NCBI GenBank assembly: GCA_964649165.1
Contig: CAZYPC010000005.1
Location: 16,533 to 80,532 of the forward strand
Length of the DNA stretch: 64,000 bases
Direction: 5' to 3'
Source: an uncultured Chryseobacterium sp.
GTDB lineage: Bacteria > Bacteroidota > Bacteroidia > Flavobacteriales_F > PHOS-HE28
Shown here: positions 1 through 8,552 of the stretch, one piece after another
Position numbering within the stretch: the first letter of the stretch is position 1
Layout: each line of letters starts with the position of its first letter
The notes under the pieces: generated by a model
What the model saw: only the letters and a program-made list of their open reading frames with translations
What the model was told of the DNA's origin: nothing
The model's database searches: none
Position numbers and translations under genes: made by a program

Positions 1-11
1 CGGACGCGTAC

Positions 12-1055
12 ATGAAACGCGCCACGCTATTGAGCCGCTTGGGACAGAATACGCAAGCGCTGGCGGACATGGACCGTGCACTTGAATTGAACCCCTACAG
101 CGAATGGATCCACGACCGGCGTGCCAAGGCCCGCATGGTGGTGAACGACGTGAAAGGGGCCATGGACGACTGGTCCCAGGCCGTGGCGCTGCGCCCGTAT
201 GATGAACTGCTGCGCGAGCACCGGGCCGATGCCCTGATCGCCAGTGGTGACCTGGCCGGTGCGGCAAGCGACCTCGATTCCATAATCGCGCACAAGCCGA
301 ACGACATCCTGTTACTGTTGAAACGCGGCTCGGTGGAACTGCAGATGGAGCACGTACCTCAGGCGCTCGAGTGGTTCGATCGCGCTCGGGCCGATTCGCC
401 GCGCCTGGCCATCATCCACGACCTGCGCGCGGTCGCCCTTATGAAACTGCAACGCTGGATCGAGGCGCTGGCCGCGCTGGACACCGCCATCCACATCGAT
501 GAGGGTTTGGACCTGGCGTGGTACAACCGAGGGCTCGTGCACCTGCAACTGGGGCACACGGACCAGGCACGAGCCGACATGGACCAAGCCCTGAGGCTTG
601 CCCGTGACAAGGCCCATGTCTTCTTCCAGCGCGCCCTGGTGCGTAAGCGCGACGGCGACCTGGTGGGTGCCCGCGAGGACTACGACCGCGCGTTGGAACT
701 CGCACCGGACTATTTGGAAGCACAGTACAACCGCGCCTTCGTGCGCAAGCAGCTCGGCGATCATGCGGGCGCATTGGCCGATGTGGAGAAGACGCTTGCG
801 CTCGCCCCGGAGGATCCTGATGCTTGGACGATGAAGGGCAACCTGCACCTGCTCTATGGGGAATACAACGAGGCCATCGAGCACTTCGACCGTGCCATCG
901 GGCTCAGCACCGACCACGCCAACGCTTTGTTCAATCGCGGCCTGGCCTACCACATGACCTATCGACCGCTACAAGGCTGTGACGACCTTAGGCGCGCGTC
1001 CCATGCGGGATCGCGGGAAGCGGCTGTGGCGATCCCATATTTCTGCGCGTTCTGA
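12..1055 (+). CDS. Tetratricopeptide (TPR) repeat protein, possibly 5'-truncated by the window edge
   Basis: 347-aa ORF built from about 34-residue helical repeats with TPR-like signatures (ALADMDRALELNPY, AREDYDRALELAPDY, AIEHFDRAIGLSTDH). The frame stays open from nt 3 to the ATG at 12, so the true start may lie upstream. The stop overlaps the next start (TGATG at 1053-1057). Confidence 0.8.
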   Translation: MKRATLLSRLGQNTQALADMDRALELNPYSEWIHDRRAKARMVVNDVKGAMDDWSQAVALRPYDELLREHRADALIASGDLAGAASDLDSIIAHKPNDILLLLKRGSVELQMEHVPQALEWFDRARADSPRLAIIHDLRAVALMKLQRWIEALAALDTAIHIDEGLDLAWYNRGLVHLQLGHTDQARADMDQALRLARDKAHVFFQRALVRKRDGDLVGAREDYDRALELAPDYLEAQYNRAFVRKQLGDHAGALADVEKTLALAPEDPDAWTMKGNLHLLYGEYNEAIEHFDRAIGLSTDHANALFNRGLAYHMTYRPLQGCDDLRRASHAGSREAAVAIPYFCAF

Positions 1056-2719
1056 TGAACCCCATCACACCCTGGCAACGCCTCGCCCGCTTGCTGCGCG
1101 TGGACAAGCGCGAGATCGGCCACATCTACCTCTACGCCCTGGTCGGCGGTGCCATCAGCCTGAGCGTGCCGCTCGGCGTGCAGGCCATCATCAACCTGAT
1201 CAGCGGCGGACAGGTGGCCACAAGCTGGGGTGTGCTCATCGCCTTCGTCACCATCGGCGTGGGTTTCACAGGTGCGCTGCAAGTGATGCAGCTCGCACTG
1301 GCCGAGAACATCCAGCAGCGGCTCTTCGCGCGTAGCGCGCTGGAGTTCGCCTACCGCCTGCCGCGTATCAAGTACGAAGCGGCCGGTGGCAAATACCTGC
1401 CGGAACTGGTGAACCGCTTCTTCGACACCATCAGCGTGCAGAAGGGTCTGGCCAAGCTGTTGCTCGACCTGCCGCTTGCTTTGTTGCAGATCGTCCTCTG
1501 CCTCATCCTGCTGGCGATCTACCATCCGTTCTTCATCGTCTTCGGCCTGCTGCTGCTGTTGCTGCTCGCGCTCATCTTCCGCTTCACAGGTCAGCGCGGC
1601 TTGGCGACCAGCCTGGAAGAGAGTTCCTACAAGTACAAGGTGGCGTACTGGCTGGAGGAACTCGGACGCAGCCAGGACACGTTCAAAATGGTGGGCCGCA
1701 CGGATCTCCCGATCGATCGCACCGACGAGCTTGTGCATGGCTATGTGGAGGCTCGGCGAAAACACTTCCGAGTGCTGATCGGACAGTACAGCGCGCTGGT
1801 GATCTTCAAAGTGGTCGTCACACTCGGCCTGCTCGCACTGGGGGGTCTGCTGGTGATGAACGAGCAGATGAACCTGGGCCAGTTCGTGGCCGCCGAGATC
1901 GTGATCCTGCTGCTCATCGGCGCCGTGGAGAAGATCATCCTCAACATCGCCACCGTGTATGATGTGCTCACCGCCCTGGAGAAGATCGGACAGGTCACTG
2001 ATATCGAACTGGAACGCTCGGGCGGCCTCTCGCCTTTGAGCGTTGACAGCCGCAAAGGGATTGAGGTGCGCGCCACGGACCTGTGCTACCGGTCACGCTG
2101 GAACGAGCGCGATGTGCTTTCCGATATCGACCTGCATTTGCTGCCCGGCGAAAAGGTCTGCTTGAGCGGTCCGAACGGGTCAGGCAAGACCACCTTGGTC
2201 CGGATCCTGGGTGGTGGCAAGGCACCCACGGCCGGCAGCCTGCAACTGGACGGCCATCCGGTATCGAGCCTCGACCTTGACCACGTACGCTCCTTGATCG
2301 GCGACAGCTTGAGCGGCGAGGACGTCTTCACCGGCACCGTGATGGAGAACATCGCTGTTGGTCGTGCTTGGATCGGAGAAAAAGAAGTGATCGAAGCCTG
2401 TCAAGTGACGGGTCTGATGGAACGCCTGGCCATGCTGCCCGACGGATTGCTCACCAAGTTGGACCCACAGGGCGCACGCCTGCCGCGCAGCCTGGTGCAA
2501 CGTATCGTGCTGGCACGTTGCATCGCCGGCAGCCCGCGCATGATCCTGATGGAGGATAGCCTGCAGGACTGGGAGCCTCGCGATCGCGAGCAACTGCTCG
2601 GCTGGCTCACCGATGCCGCACGACCGTGGACGCTGTTGATCGTGAGCAACGACCCCGGGGTACAGCGGAAATGCGCGCGTACCCTTCACCTGAGCAACGG
2701 GAAACTCCTCACCGCCTGA
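1055..2719 (+). CDS. ABC exporter, fused permease plus ATP-binding domain (HlyB/bacteriocin-exporter architecture without a C39 peptidase domain); NBD motifs degenerate
   Basis: 554 aa. The N-terminal half is hydrophobic with multiple TM segments. The C-terminal half carries Walker A (LSGPNGSGKTT). The signature position reads LPRSL, the Walker B position reads MILMED, and the H-loop position reads VSNDPG. It is followed by HlyD and TolC genes. Confidence 0.85.
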   Translation: MNPITPWQRLARLLRVDKREIGHIYLYALVGGAISLSVPLGVQAIINLISGGQVATSWGVLIAFVTIGVGFTGALQVMQLALAENIQQRLFARSALEFAYRLPRIKYEAAGGKYLPELVNRFFDTISVQKGLAKLLLDLPLALLQIVLCLILLAIYHPFFIVFGLLLLLLLALIFRFTGQRGLATSLEESSYKYKVAYWLEELGRSQDTFKMVGRTDLPIDRTDELVHGYVEARRKHFRVLIGQYSALVIFKVVVTLGLLALGGLLVMNEQMNLGQFVAAEIVILLLIGAVEKIILNIATVYDVLTALEKIGQVTDIELERSGGLSPLSVDSRKGIEVRATDLCYRSRWNERDVLSDIDLHLLPGEKVCLSGPNGSGKTTLVRILGGGKAPTAGSLQLDGHPVSSLDLDHVRSLIGDSLSGEDVFTGTVMENIAVGRAWIGEKEVIEACQVTGLMERLAMLPDGLLTKLDPQGARLPRSLVQRIVLARCIAGSPRMILMEDSLQDWEPRDREQLLGWLTDAARPWTLLIVSNDPGVQRKCARTLHLSNGKLLTA

Positions 2720-2721
2720 CC

Positions 2722-4080
2722 ATGCTCGACCTCAGCCCACACAACCCGGTACCCGTGCTCGATCGCAGCTCCTTCAGCTGCTTCCGCACCATCGGCAAGG
2801 CCAGTGCCAGCAGGTACTTCTCCAGATGGCTCATCGCCATATGTGCCGCGGTCATCGTCGGCATGTTCCTTCCGTGGACGCAGAACATCCGCGCGCGTGG
2901 CACCGTCACGAGCCTTTCTCCCGACCAACGTCCGCAGACCATCCACGCGATCATACCTGGCCGTGTCGAGCAGTGGTACGTGCAAGAAGGACAGCTTGTG
3001 CAGAAGGGGGACACCATTCTGCGCTTGAGCGAGGTGAAGCCCGAGTACTTCGACCCGAAGCTGCTTGATCGCACGCAGGAACAGATCAGCGCGAAGGAAC
3101 TCACGGGCAAGAGCTACGAGGAGAAGGTGCATGCGCTCGATGCACAGATCGATGCGCTGAGCGGGGGCTTGAAGATCAAACTTGAACAGGCGCAGAACAA
3201 GATCCAGCAGGCGCGTTTCAAGCTGCAGAGCGATAGCATCCGCGTGGTCGCGGCCGAGACGGAGATCAAGGTGGCCGACGACCAGTACGCCCGCGGCGAG
3301 CAGCAATTCAAGGAAGGACTGGTGAGCAAGGTGGAGCTCGAACGGCGGCAGGTCACGCAACAACGGGCCAACGCCGCTCTCATCGATGCGCGCAACAAAT
3401 TGCTCGATGCGCGCAACGAACTGCTGAACGCGCAATTGGAGATCAACGGCATACGGAACGACTACCGCGACAAGCTGAGCAAGGCCGAGAGCGAGAAGTA
3501 CGCCAGCATGAGCCAGATGTACACCACCGAGGCGGAGGTGAGCAAGATGCAGGTGGACCTGGCGAACTACACGGTGCGCGCCGGCAACTACTACGTCACG
3601 GCGCCGCAAGCGGGCTACATCACCAAGGCGGTGGTCACCGGTGTGGGTGAGACCGTGAAGGAAGGTGACGACCTGGTGAGCGTGATGCCCGCCAACTTCA
3701 AGCTCGCGGTGGAGCTCTATGTGCGCCCCATGGACATGCCGTTGGTGACCAAAGGGCAGAAGGTGCGCTTCATGTTCGATGGCTGGCCGAGCATCGTCTT
3801 CAGCGGTTGGCCGAACACGAGCTATGGCACCTTCGGTGGCGAGGTGATGGCCATCGACAATTTCATCAGCCCCAATGGCAAGTACCGCATACTCGTTGCC
3901 CCGGGCGCCAAGGACGAGACCTGGCCCGCAGCCCTGCGCGTAGGTGGTGGCGCTGTAGGCTTCGCACTGATGAAGGACGTGCCGATCTGGTACGAGCTCT
4001 GGCGACAGATCAATGGTTTCCCTCCGGACATGTATGTTGATGCTCGACCGGATACAGCGAAAGCCGGAGAGAAGAAATGA
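2722..4080 (+). CDS. HlyD-family membrane fusion / secretion adaptor protein
   Basis: The start was moved to the ATG at 2722, 2 nt after the ABC stop; the track ORF starts at 2626 inside the ABC gene. Single N-terminal TM (WLIAICAAVIVGMFLPW), a lipoyl-like motif (GRVEQWYVQEGQLVQKGDTILRL) and a long coiled-coil segment. ATGA overlap with the next gene at 4077-4080. Confidence 0.85.
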   Translation: MLDLSPHNPVPVLDRSSFSCFRTIGKASASRYFSRWLIAICAAVIVGMFLPWTQNIRARGTVTSLSPDQRPQTIHAIIPGRVEQWYVQEGQLVQKGDTILRLSEVKPEYFDPKLLDRTQEQISAKELTGKSYEEKVHALDAQIDALSGGLKIKLEQAQNKIQQARFKLQSDSIRVVAAETEIKVADDQYARGEQQFKEGLVSKVELERRQVTQQRANAALIDARNKLLDARNELLNAQLEINGIRNDYRDKLSKAESEKYASMSQMYTTEAEVSKMQVDLANYTVRAGNYYVTAPQAGYITKAVVTGVGETVKEGDDLVSVMPANFKLAVELYVRPMDMPLVTKGQKVRFMFDGWPSIVFSGWPNTSYGTFGGEVMAIDNFISPNGKYRILVAPGAKDETWPAALRVGGGAVGFALMKDVPIWYELWRQINGFPPDMYVDARPDTAKAGEKK

Positions 4081-5549
4081 AGCCGGTATCGGTCATACTG
4101 GGCAGCATGGCTGTCGCTATGAAGAGAGTTGAGCCGGTCCGTATGGCTTCTTCTCTTCTTCTCCTGCTTGCCGGTCCCATCCCATCAGCGCACGCGCAAC
4201 TTCCTCCTGTCCTCACCCGCGCGGCCTTCGTGCGCATCGTACTGGACAACCACCCGATGGCGAGACAGGCGTCGCTTCGTCCGGAACTCGGCGCTGCCAC
4301 GGTGCGCAGCGCGCGCGGTGGCTTCGACCCCATGGCCACGGCGAGCTATGATGAGAAGGAGCTGGATGAGAAGAACTACTTCCAACTTTTCGATGCGGGG
4401 CTGAAGGTGCCTACCTGGTATGGTGTTGAATTGTTCGCGGGCTTCCAGCAGAACCAGGGCGATCTGCTCGATCCACAGAACGCCACGCCGAACGACGGCC
4501 TGCTGAAAGTGGGTGGACAGGTCAGCCTGGGGCAAGGGCTGTTCATCGATCAACGGCGGGCCGCGCTACGGAAGTCACAAGCCTACTTGCGCGCCACCCA
4601 GGCCGAACAGGAGCAGATGCTGAACGACCTGTTGCTGCAAGCGCTGAACGATCACACGGATTGGGTGGCCGCTTACCGTGCGCAGCAAGTGGCGAACACG
4701 GCCGTGGAGTTGACCACCGCCCGCTTCGATGCCGTGCGCGGCAGTTGGCGTGGTGGGGATCGCCCAGCCATCGATACGCTCGAGGCCTTCCTTCAACTAC
4801 AGGACAGACAAATGCGTCAACAGCAGGCCGTTCTCAACCTGCGCAACGCAGCGCTTCGACTAAGCAATCACCTATGGAACGCTTCGCAGCAACCGTTGGA
4901 ATTGCAGCCCGGCGTGATCCCTGACGCTCAAGACCTCGATCCACCCGCCACCCTCAACTTGCCCGACACCGCGATCAACAGCGCGCTCACCAACCACCCC
5001 TTGCTCAACCAAGCCTCCGCTCGCATCGATCAGCTCGATATCGATCGCCGCTTGCGGGCCGAATACCTCAAGCCCGAACTCGACCTGAAGTACCAGTGGC
5101 TCGGCGATGGTGGAGCCGCGAACAACGAAGCGGGCACCACGCTGCTCGGGCAGGGTTACCAGTTCGGCGTGGGCTTCCAGATGCCGCTCTTCTTGCGTCG
5201 CGAGCGTGGGGAACTCACGCTGGCACGGCTACGCCTCACCGACGCGAACCTCGGTCTCGATCGCGATCGCCTGCGCATACGCAACCGCATCAGCGAACGT
5301 GCGAACGACATCGCGACGTTCGCCGATCAAGTGCGACTGGGCGCTGAGATGGTGCTGAACAATGAGCGCTTGCTCGCCGGGGAAAACCAACGCTTCTCGG
5401 CTGGCGAGAGCTCGCTCTTCCTGGTGAACGCCCGGGAGGTGCCGCTGATCGACGCGCGCATCCGACAAGTCGACCTCGAAGCGCGCCTGCGCAAGGCCTA
5501 CTTCAGCTTGGACCATGAGGCGGGGACGCTTTGGAGGGCGTGGCGGTGA
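4077..5549 (+). CDS. TolC-family outer-membrane efflux protein
   Basis: 490 aa with a signal-like N-terminus. Two-fold repeat of long helical segments typical of outer-membrane factor proteins. Positioned directly after the ABC and HlyD genes and translationally coupled (ATGA). Confidence 0.75.
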   Translation: MKPVSVILGSMAVAMKRVEPVRMASSLLLLLAGPIPSAHAQLPPVLTRAAFVRIVLDNHPMARQASLRPELGAATVRSARGGFDPMATASYDEKELDEKNYFQLFDAGLKVPTWYGVELFAGFQQNQGDLLDPQNATPNDGLLKVGGQVSLGQGLFIDQRRAALRKSQAYLRATQAEQEQMLNDLLLQALNDHTDWVAAYRAQQVANTAVELTTARFDAVRGSWRGGDRPAIDTLEAFLQLQDRQMRQQQAVLNLRNAALRLSNHLWNASQQPLELQPGVIPDAQDLDPPATLNLPDTAINSALTNHPLLNQASARIDQLDIDRRLRAEYLKPELDLKYQWLGDGGAANNEAGTTLLGQGYQFGVGFQMPLFLRRERGELTLARLRLTDANLGLDRDRLRIRNRISERANDIATFADQVRLGAEMVLNNERLLAGENQRFSAGESSLFLVNAREVPLIDARIRQVDLEARLRKAYFSLDHEAGTLWRAWR

Positions 5550-5577
5550 TGGTGTCAGCACAGGAAACGTCGGAAGC

Positions 5578-7086
5578 ATGCGATCCACTTCCATGCTGAT
5601 AAGGAGGCGACGTAGAGCGTGTCGGATGTGGCGGCCTGCACTTTCTTTGGTCTATGCGCCTTCATTCCTCGTGCTTCTCGCGTGCTCAACGTTCAAGAGT
5701 GTTGCCCAGGACACTTGCATGTGCTCGAACAACCTCAGCCGCTACATCGACCTCGTTGCACGGAACTATTCAGGCTTCAAGGACAAGGTGACACCGGTGA
5801 CCCAGGCCCAGTACCAGACGGTCGTGGACTCCCTTCAGCAAGTGGCATCGACCACAACCGACAAAGCCATCTGTTTCGGTGTGCTCGATACCTACCGCCG
5901 GTTCTTCTATGACAAGCATCTTCAGTTAGGAGGCCCCTATGCGCCCGCTGCCGCCAACGCATCACCAAGCGTACCGCTGATCACCACCGCTTGGACGGAG
6001 GCAACTTTGAGAACCCATCTCAGCGAGCATGCGGTAGAGCTTCGACGGCTGGAAGGTGTTTGGACGCTCGATGCCTATGAGGTTGGCGTCATCCACGACC
6101 AAGCGACCGGGACCTACCAAGCCGTCATCCTCAAATCTGCCAATCCGAAGTGGAAGGAGGGCATGGTAAAGTTCATGACGCCCGAACCGATGGATGATGG
6201 CGCGACCGTGCACTATTGGCGCGGAGACATGAGCATGAGCGAGGTATCAGCACGCGCGGTACAAGACCATCTGGTGATGGATGGGATCGGGACCTGGCGC
6301 AAAGTGTTCCCAGCGCCGAAGGAAACAATGGATGAACGCACCTTCGAACTGAACTACGGAAGTGAAGTGCAGTGGAAGCTGCTCGATGATCCCACCTTGT
6401 ACATCAAGGTCGGCTCGTGCGACCTGAAGAACAAGGCCGTGCTCGACAGCCTGATCAACGCGAACAAGGCACTGCTTGATCGCATCCCGAACTGGATCGT
6501 GGACTTCCGTGACAACGGTGGTGGCTCGACCGATGTGTTCCAAAGCCTGCTGCCCTATTCGTACACGAAGCCACTCAAGGCATACGGCGTGAGCCATTGG
6601 ATGAGCCCTGACAACACGAAGGTGCTGGCCGATTTCCTCCGGGAGAACGAGAAGCTGATGGACCCTGCGTCCGCGCGTGAAGTGGGGCGGTTGGTGGAGC
6701 AAGGTGAAAAGCACCCGAACACCTGGCACATCGGCAAGGGTTCGACCACGCGCTTGAAGAAGCATGCGATGCCGCGACGCGTGGCCATACTCGCGAACGG
6801 AGGAACAGCCAGCAGCGGCGAATCCTTCCTCGAAGTAGCCAGGGGTATGAGCAGCAAGTCCGTGATCTTCGGTGAGAACACCGGAGGTTTCATGGACTAC
6901 GGCGACGTGATGCCGCGCGACCTTGGCTGCGATGGTATAGGGGCCGCGGTGCCCACGAGCCGCATGAACCGGCTCGACCATGGCCTATCGTACGATAGGG
7001 ACGGCATCGCGCCGGATGTGCGCATCGGTTCCGAAGTGAAGGACTGGATCGGCTTCGTGCAGCAGTACTGGGCACTGCATCCGTGA
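5578..7086 (+). CDS. S41-family (tail-specific/C-terminal processing protease-like) serine peptidase, secreted
   Basis: Motifs IVDFRDNGGGSTDVF and ANGGTASSGESFLE match the S41 core. N-terminal signal-like segment (RRRRRACRMWRPALSLVYAPSFLVLLAC). The start is uncertain: ATGs at 5578 and 5626 are both possible, while the track start at 5515 overlaps the TolC gene. Confidence 0.65.
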   Translation: MRSTSMLIRRRRRACRMWRPALSLVYAPSFLVLLACSTFKSVAQDTCMCSNNLSRYIDLVARNYSGFKDKVTPVTQAQYQTVVDSLQQVASTTTDKAICFGVLDTYRRFFYDKHLQLGGPYAPAAANASPSVPLITTAWTEATLRTHLSEHAVELRRLEGVWTLDAYEVGVIHDQATGTYQAVILKSANPKWKEGMVKFMTPEPMDDGATVHYWRGDMSMSEVSARAVQDHLVMDGIGTWRKVFPAPKETMDERTFELNYGSEVQWKLLDDPTLYIKVGSCDLKNKAVLDSLINANKALLDRIPNWIVDFRDNGGGSTDVFQSLLPYSYTKPLKAYGVSHWMSPDNTKVLADFLRENEKLMDPASAREVGRLVEQGEKHPNTWHIGKGSTTRLKKHAMPRRVAILANGGTASSGESFLEVARGMSSKSVIFGENTGGFMDYGDVMPRDLGCDGIGAAVPTSRMNRLDHGLSYDRDGIAPDVRIGSEVKDWIGFVQQYWALHP

Positions 7087-7103
7087 CGACAATCACTGGC
7101 CGA

Positions 7104-8552
7104 TCAACGCCAACCTCCACCCAACGCCTGGTATACGTTCACCATCGCGTTCATGCGCTGCTTCTGGGTCTCCACCAGTTCGAACTTCGATTCGAGCGCA
7201 TCGCGCTGCGTCAGCAGCACTTCCATGTAGTCAGCACGCGCGGACCGGAAGAGGTTCGTGGAGATGGTGATCGAACTGGATAGCGCATCCACCTGTTGCT
7301 TGCGCAGGTCGTAGCTGCTGCGCAGGTTCTGGATGTTCGAGAGCTGGTTCACCACTTCCACGTAAGCGTTAAGCACAGTGCGCTCGTAGTCATACACCGC
7401 CTGCAACTGGTGCGCATTGGCCCCGATGTAGGCGGCCTTGATCGCGTTCCTGTTCACCACGGGTGCGACCAGATCACCGGCCACGTTGTAGAGCAATGAA
7501 GCCGGTGTCTCCGTGAGGTACGCCGCATCGAACGCGTTGAGGCCGACACCCGCTGTCAACCGCACCGAAGGATAGAAGTTCGCCTTGGCCGCTTTCACAT
7601 CCAGCTTGGCCGCACTGAGTTCCAGCTCCGCCTGGCGGATGTCAGGCCGGTAGGAAAGCAGCTGCGATGGTATTCCCCCGGAGATGCTGTCAGGTACGAG
7701 GTTCGAGAAGCCCGCCGAACTGCGCGTGACCGGTTGCGGATAGCGGCCCACCAGGAAGTTGATCCGGTTCTCCGTCTCCACGATGCGCTGCTGGATATCG
7801 AACTGGTTGCTGCGGTTCTTCAGCACTTCGGCCTCGAAGCGTCGCACGGCGAGCTCCGTGACTTTCGCCGCCTGCTTCTCCAGCTTCACGATCTCCAATG
7901 CGTCCTGTTGGATCGCGATGTTGTTGCGCAGGATCTCCAGCTGGTTGTCCAACGCCATCAGTTCGTAGTAGCTGTTGGCGATCTCCGCCACGAGGTGCGT
8001 CACCATGAAGTTCCTGCCCTCCACGGTGCCGAGGTAGCGCATCACGGCCGCCTGTTTGGCGTTGCGGAGCTTCTTCCAGATATCGAGCTCCCACGACGCG
8101 CGTGCGCTCACCAGGAAGTTGGGCAGCGGCTCCGGGAACTTCGTCTCCTCCTTGACGTCCAGGTTGTGCTCCACCGCTCCATTGCGCGTGAACTCACCCA
8201 CCTTCTCCACCTCGGCCGCGGCCCCGAAGTCCACGAAGGGCAGGTACTCCCCTTTGCGGGCGCGCACCTCGGCCTGTGCGACCGCGATCTCCTGCAGCAT
8301 GATGTTCAGTTCCTGGTTGCCGGCCAGGGCGCTATCGATGAGCAGGCGCAGGTTCGCATCGGTGAAGAACTGCTGCCATTTCAAGGCCGCAGCATCCGTC
8401 GAATCCGTTGACGATGCGTAAGTGCCCGGTGTGTTCTTCCTCACCTCCCGCACCTTCAACGCCGGCACGCAGGAGGAGAGCGACAGCAAGGCAAGCAGGC
8501 AGCCTGCGACGAGGTATCGTGTCAAGCGGCTCATGTTCGGTCGCGTATGCAT
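7104..8552 (-). CDS. RND efflux outer-membrane factor lipoprotein (NodT/TolC family)
   Basis: 482 aa with a lipoprotein signal and lipobox (LLALLSLSSC). TolC-type helical repeats. The start codon overlaps the stop of the upstream RND pump gene by 1 nt (8552). Confidence 0.85.
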   Translation of the reverse strand: MHTRPNMSRLTRYLVAGCLLALLSLSSCVPALKVREVRKNTPGTYASSTDSTDAAALKWQQFFTDANLRLLIDSALAGNQELNIMLQEIAVAQAEVRARKGEYLPFVDFGAAAEVEKVGEFTRNGAVEHNLDVKEETKFPEPLPNFLVSARASWELDIWKKLRNAKQAAVMRYLGTVEGRNFMVTHLVAEIANSYYELMALDNQLEILRNNIAIQQDALEIVKLEKQAAKVTELAVRRFEAEVLKNRSNQFDIQQRIVETENRINFLVGRYPQPVTRSSAGFSNLVPDSISGGIPSQLLSYRPDIRQAELELSAAKLDVKAAKANFYPSVRLTAGVGLNAFDAAYLTETPASLLYNVAGDLVAPVVNRNAIKAAYIGANAHQLQAVYDYERTVLNAYVEVVNQLSNIQNLRSSYDLRKQQVDALSSSITISTNLFRSARADYMEVLLTQRDALESKFELVETQKQRMNAMVNVYQALGGGWR

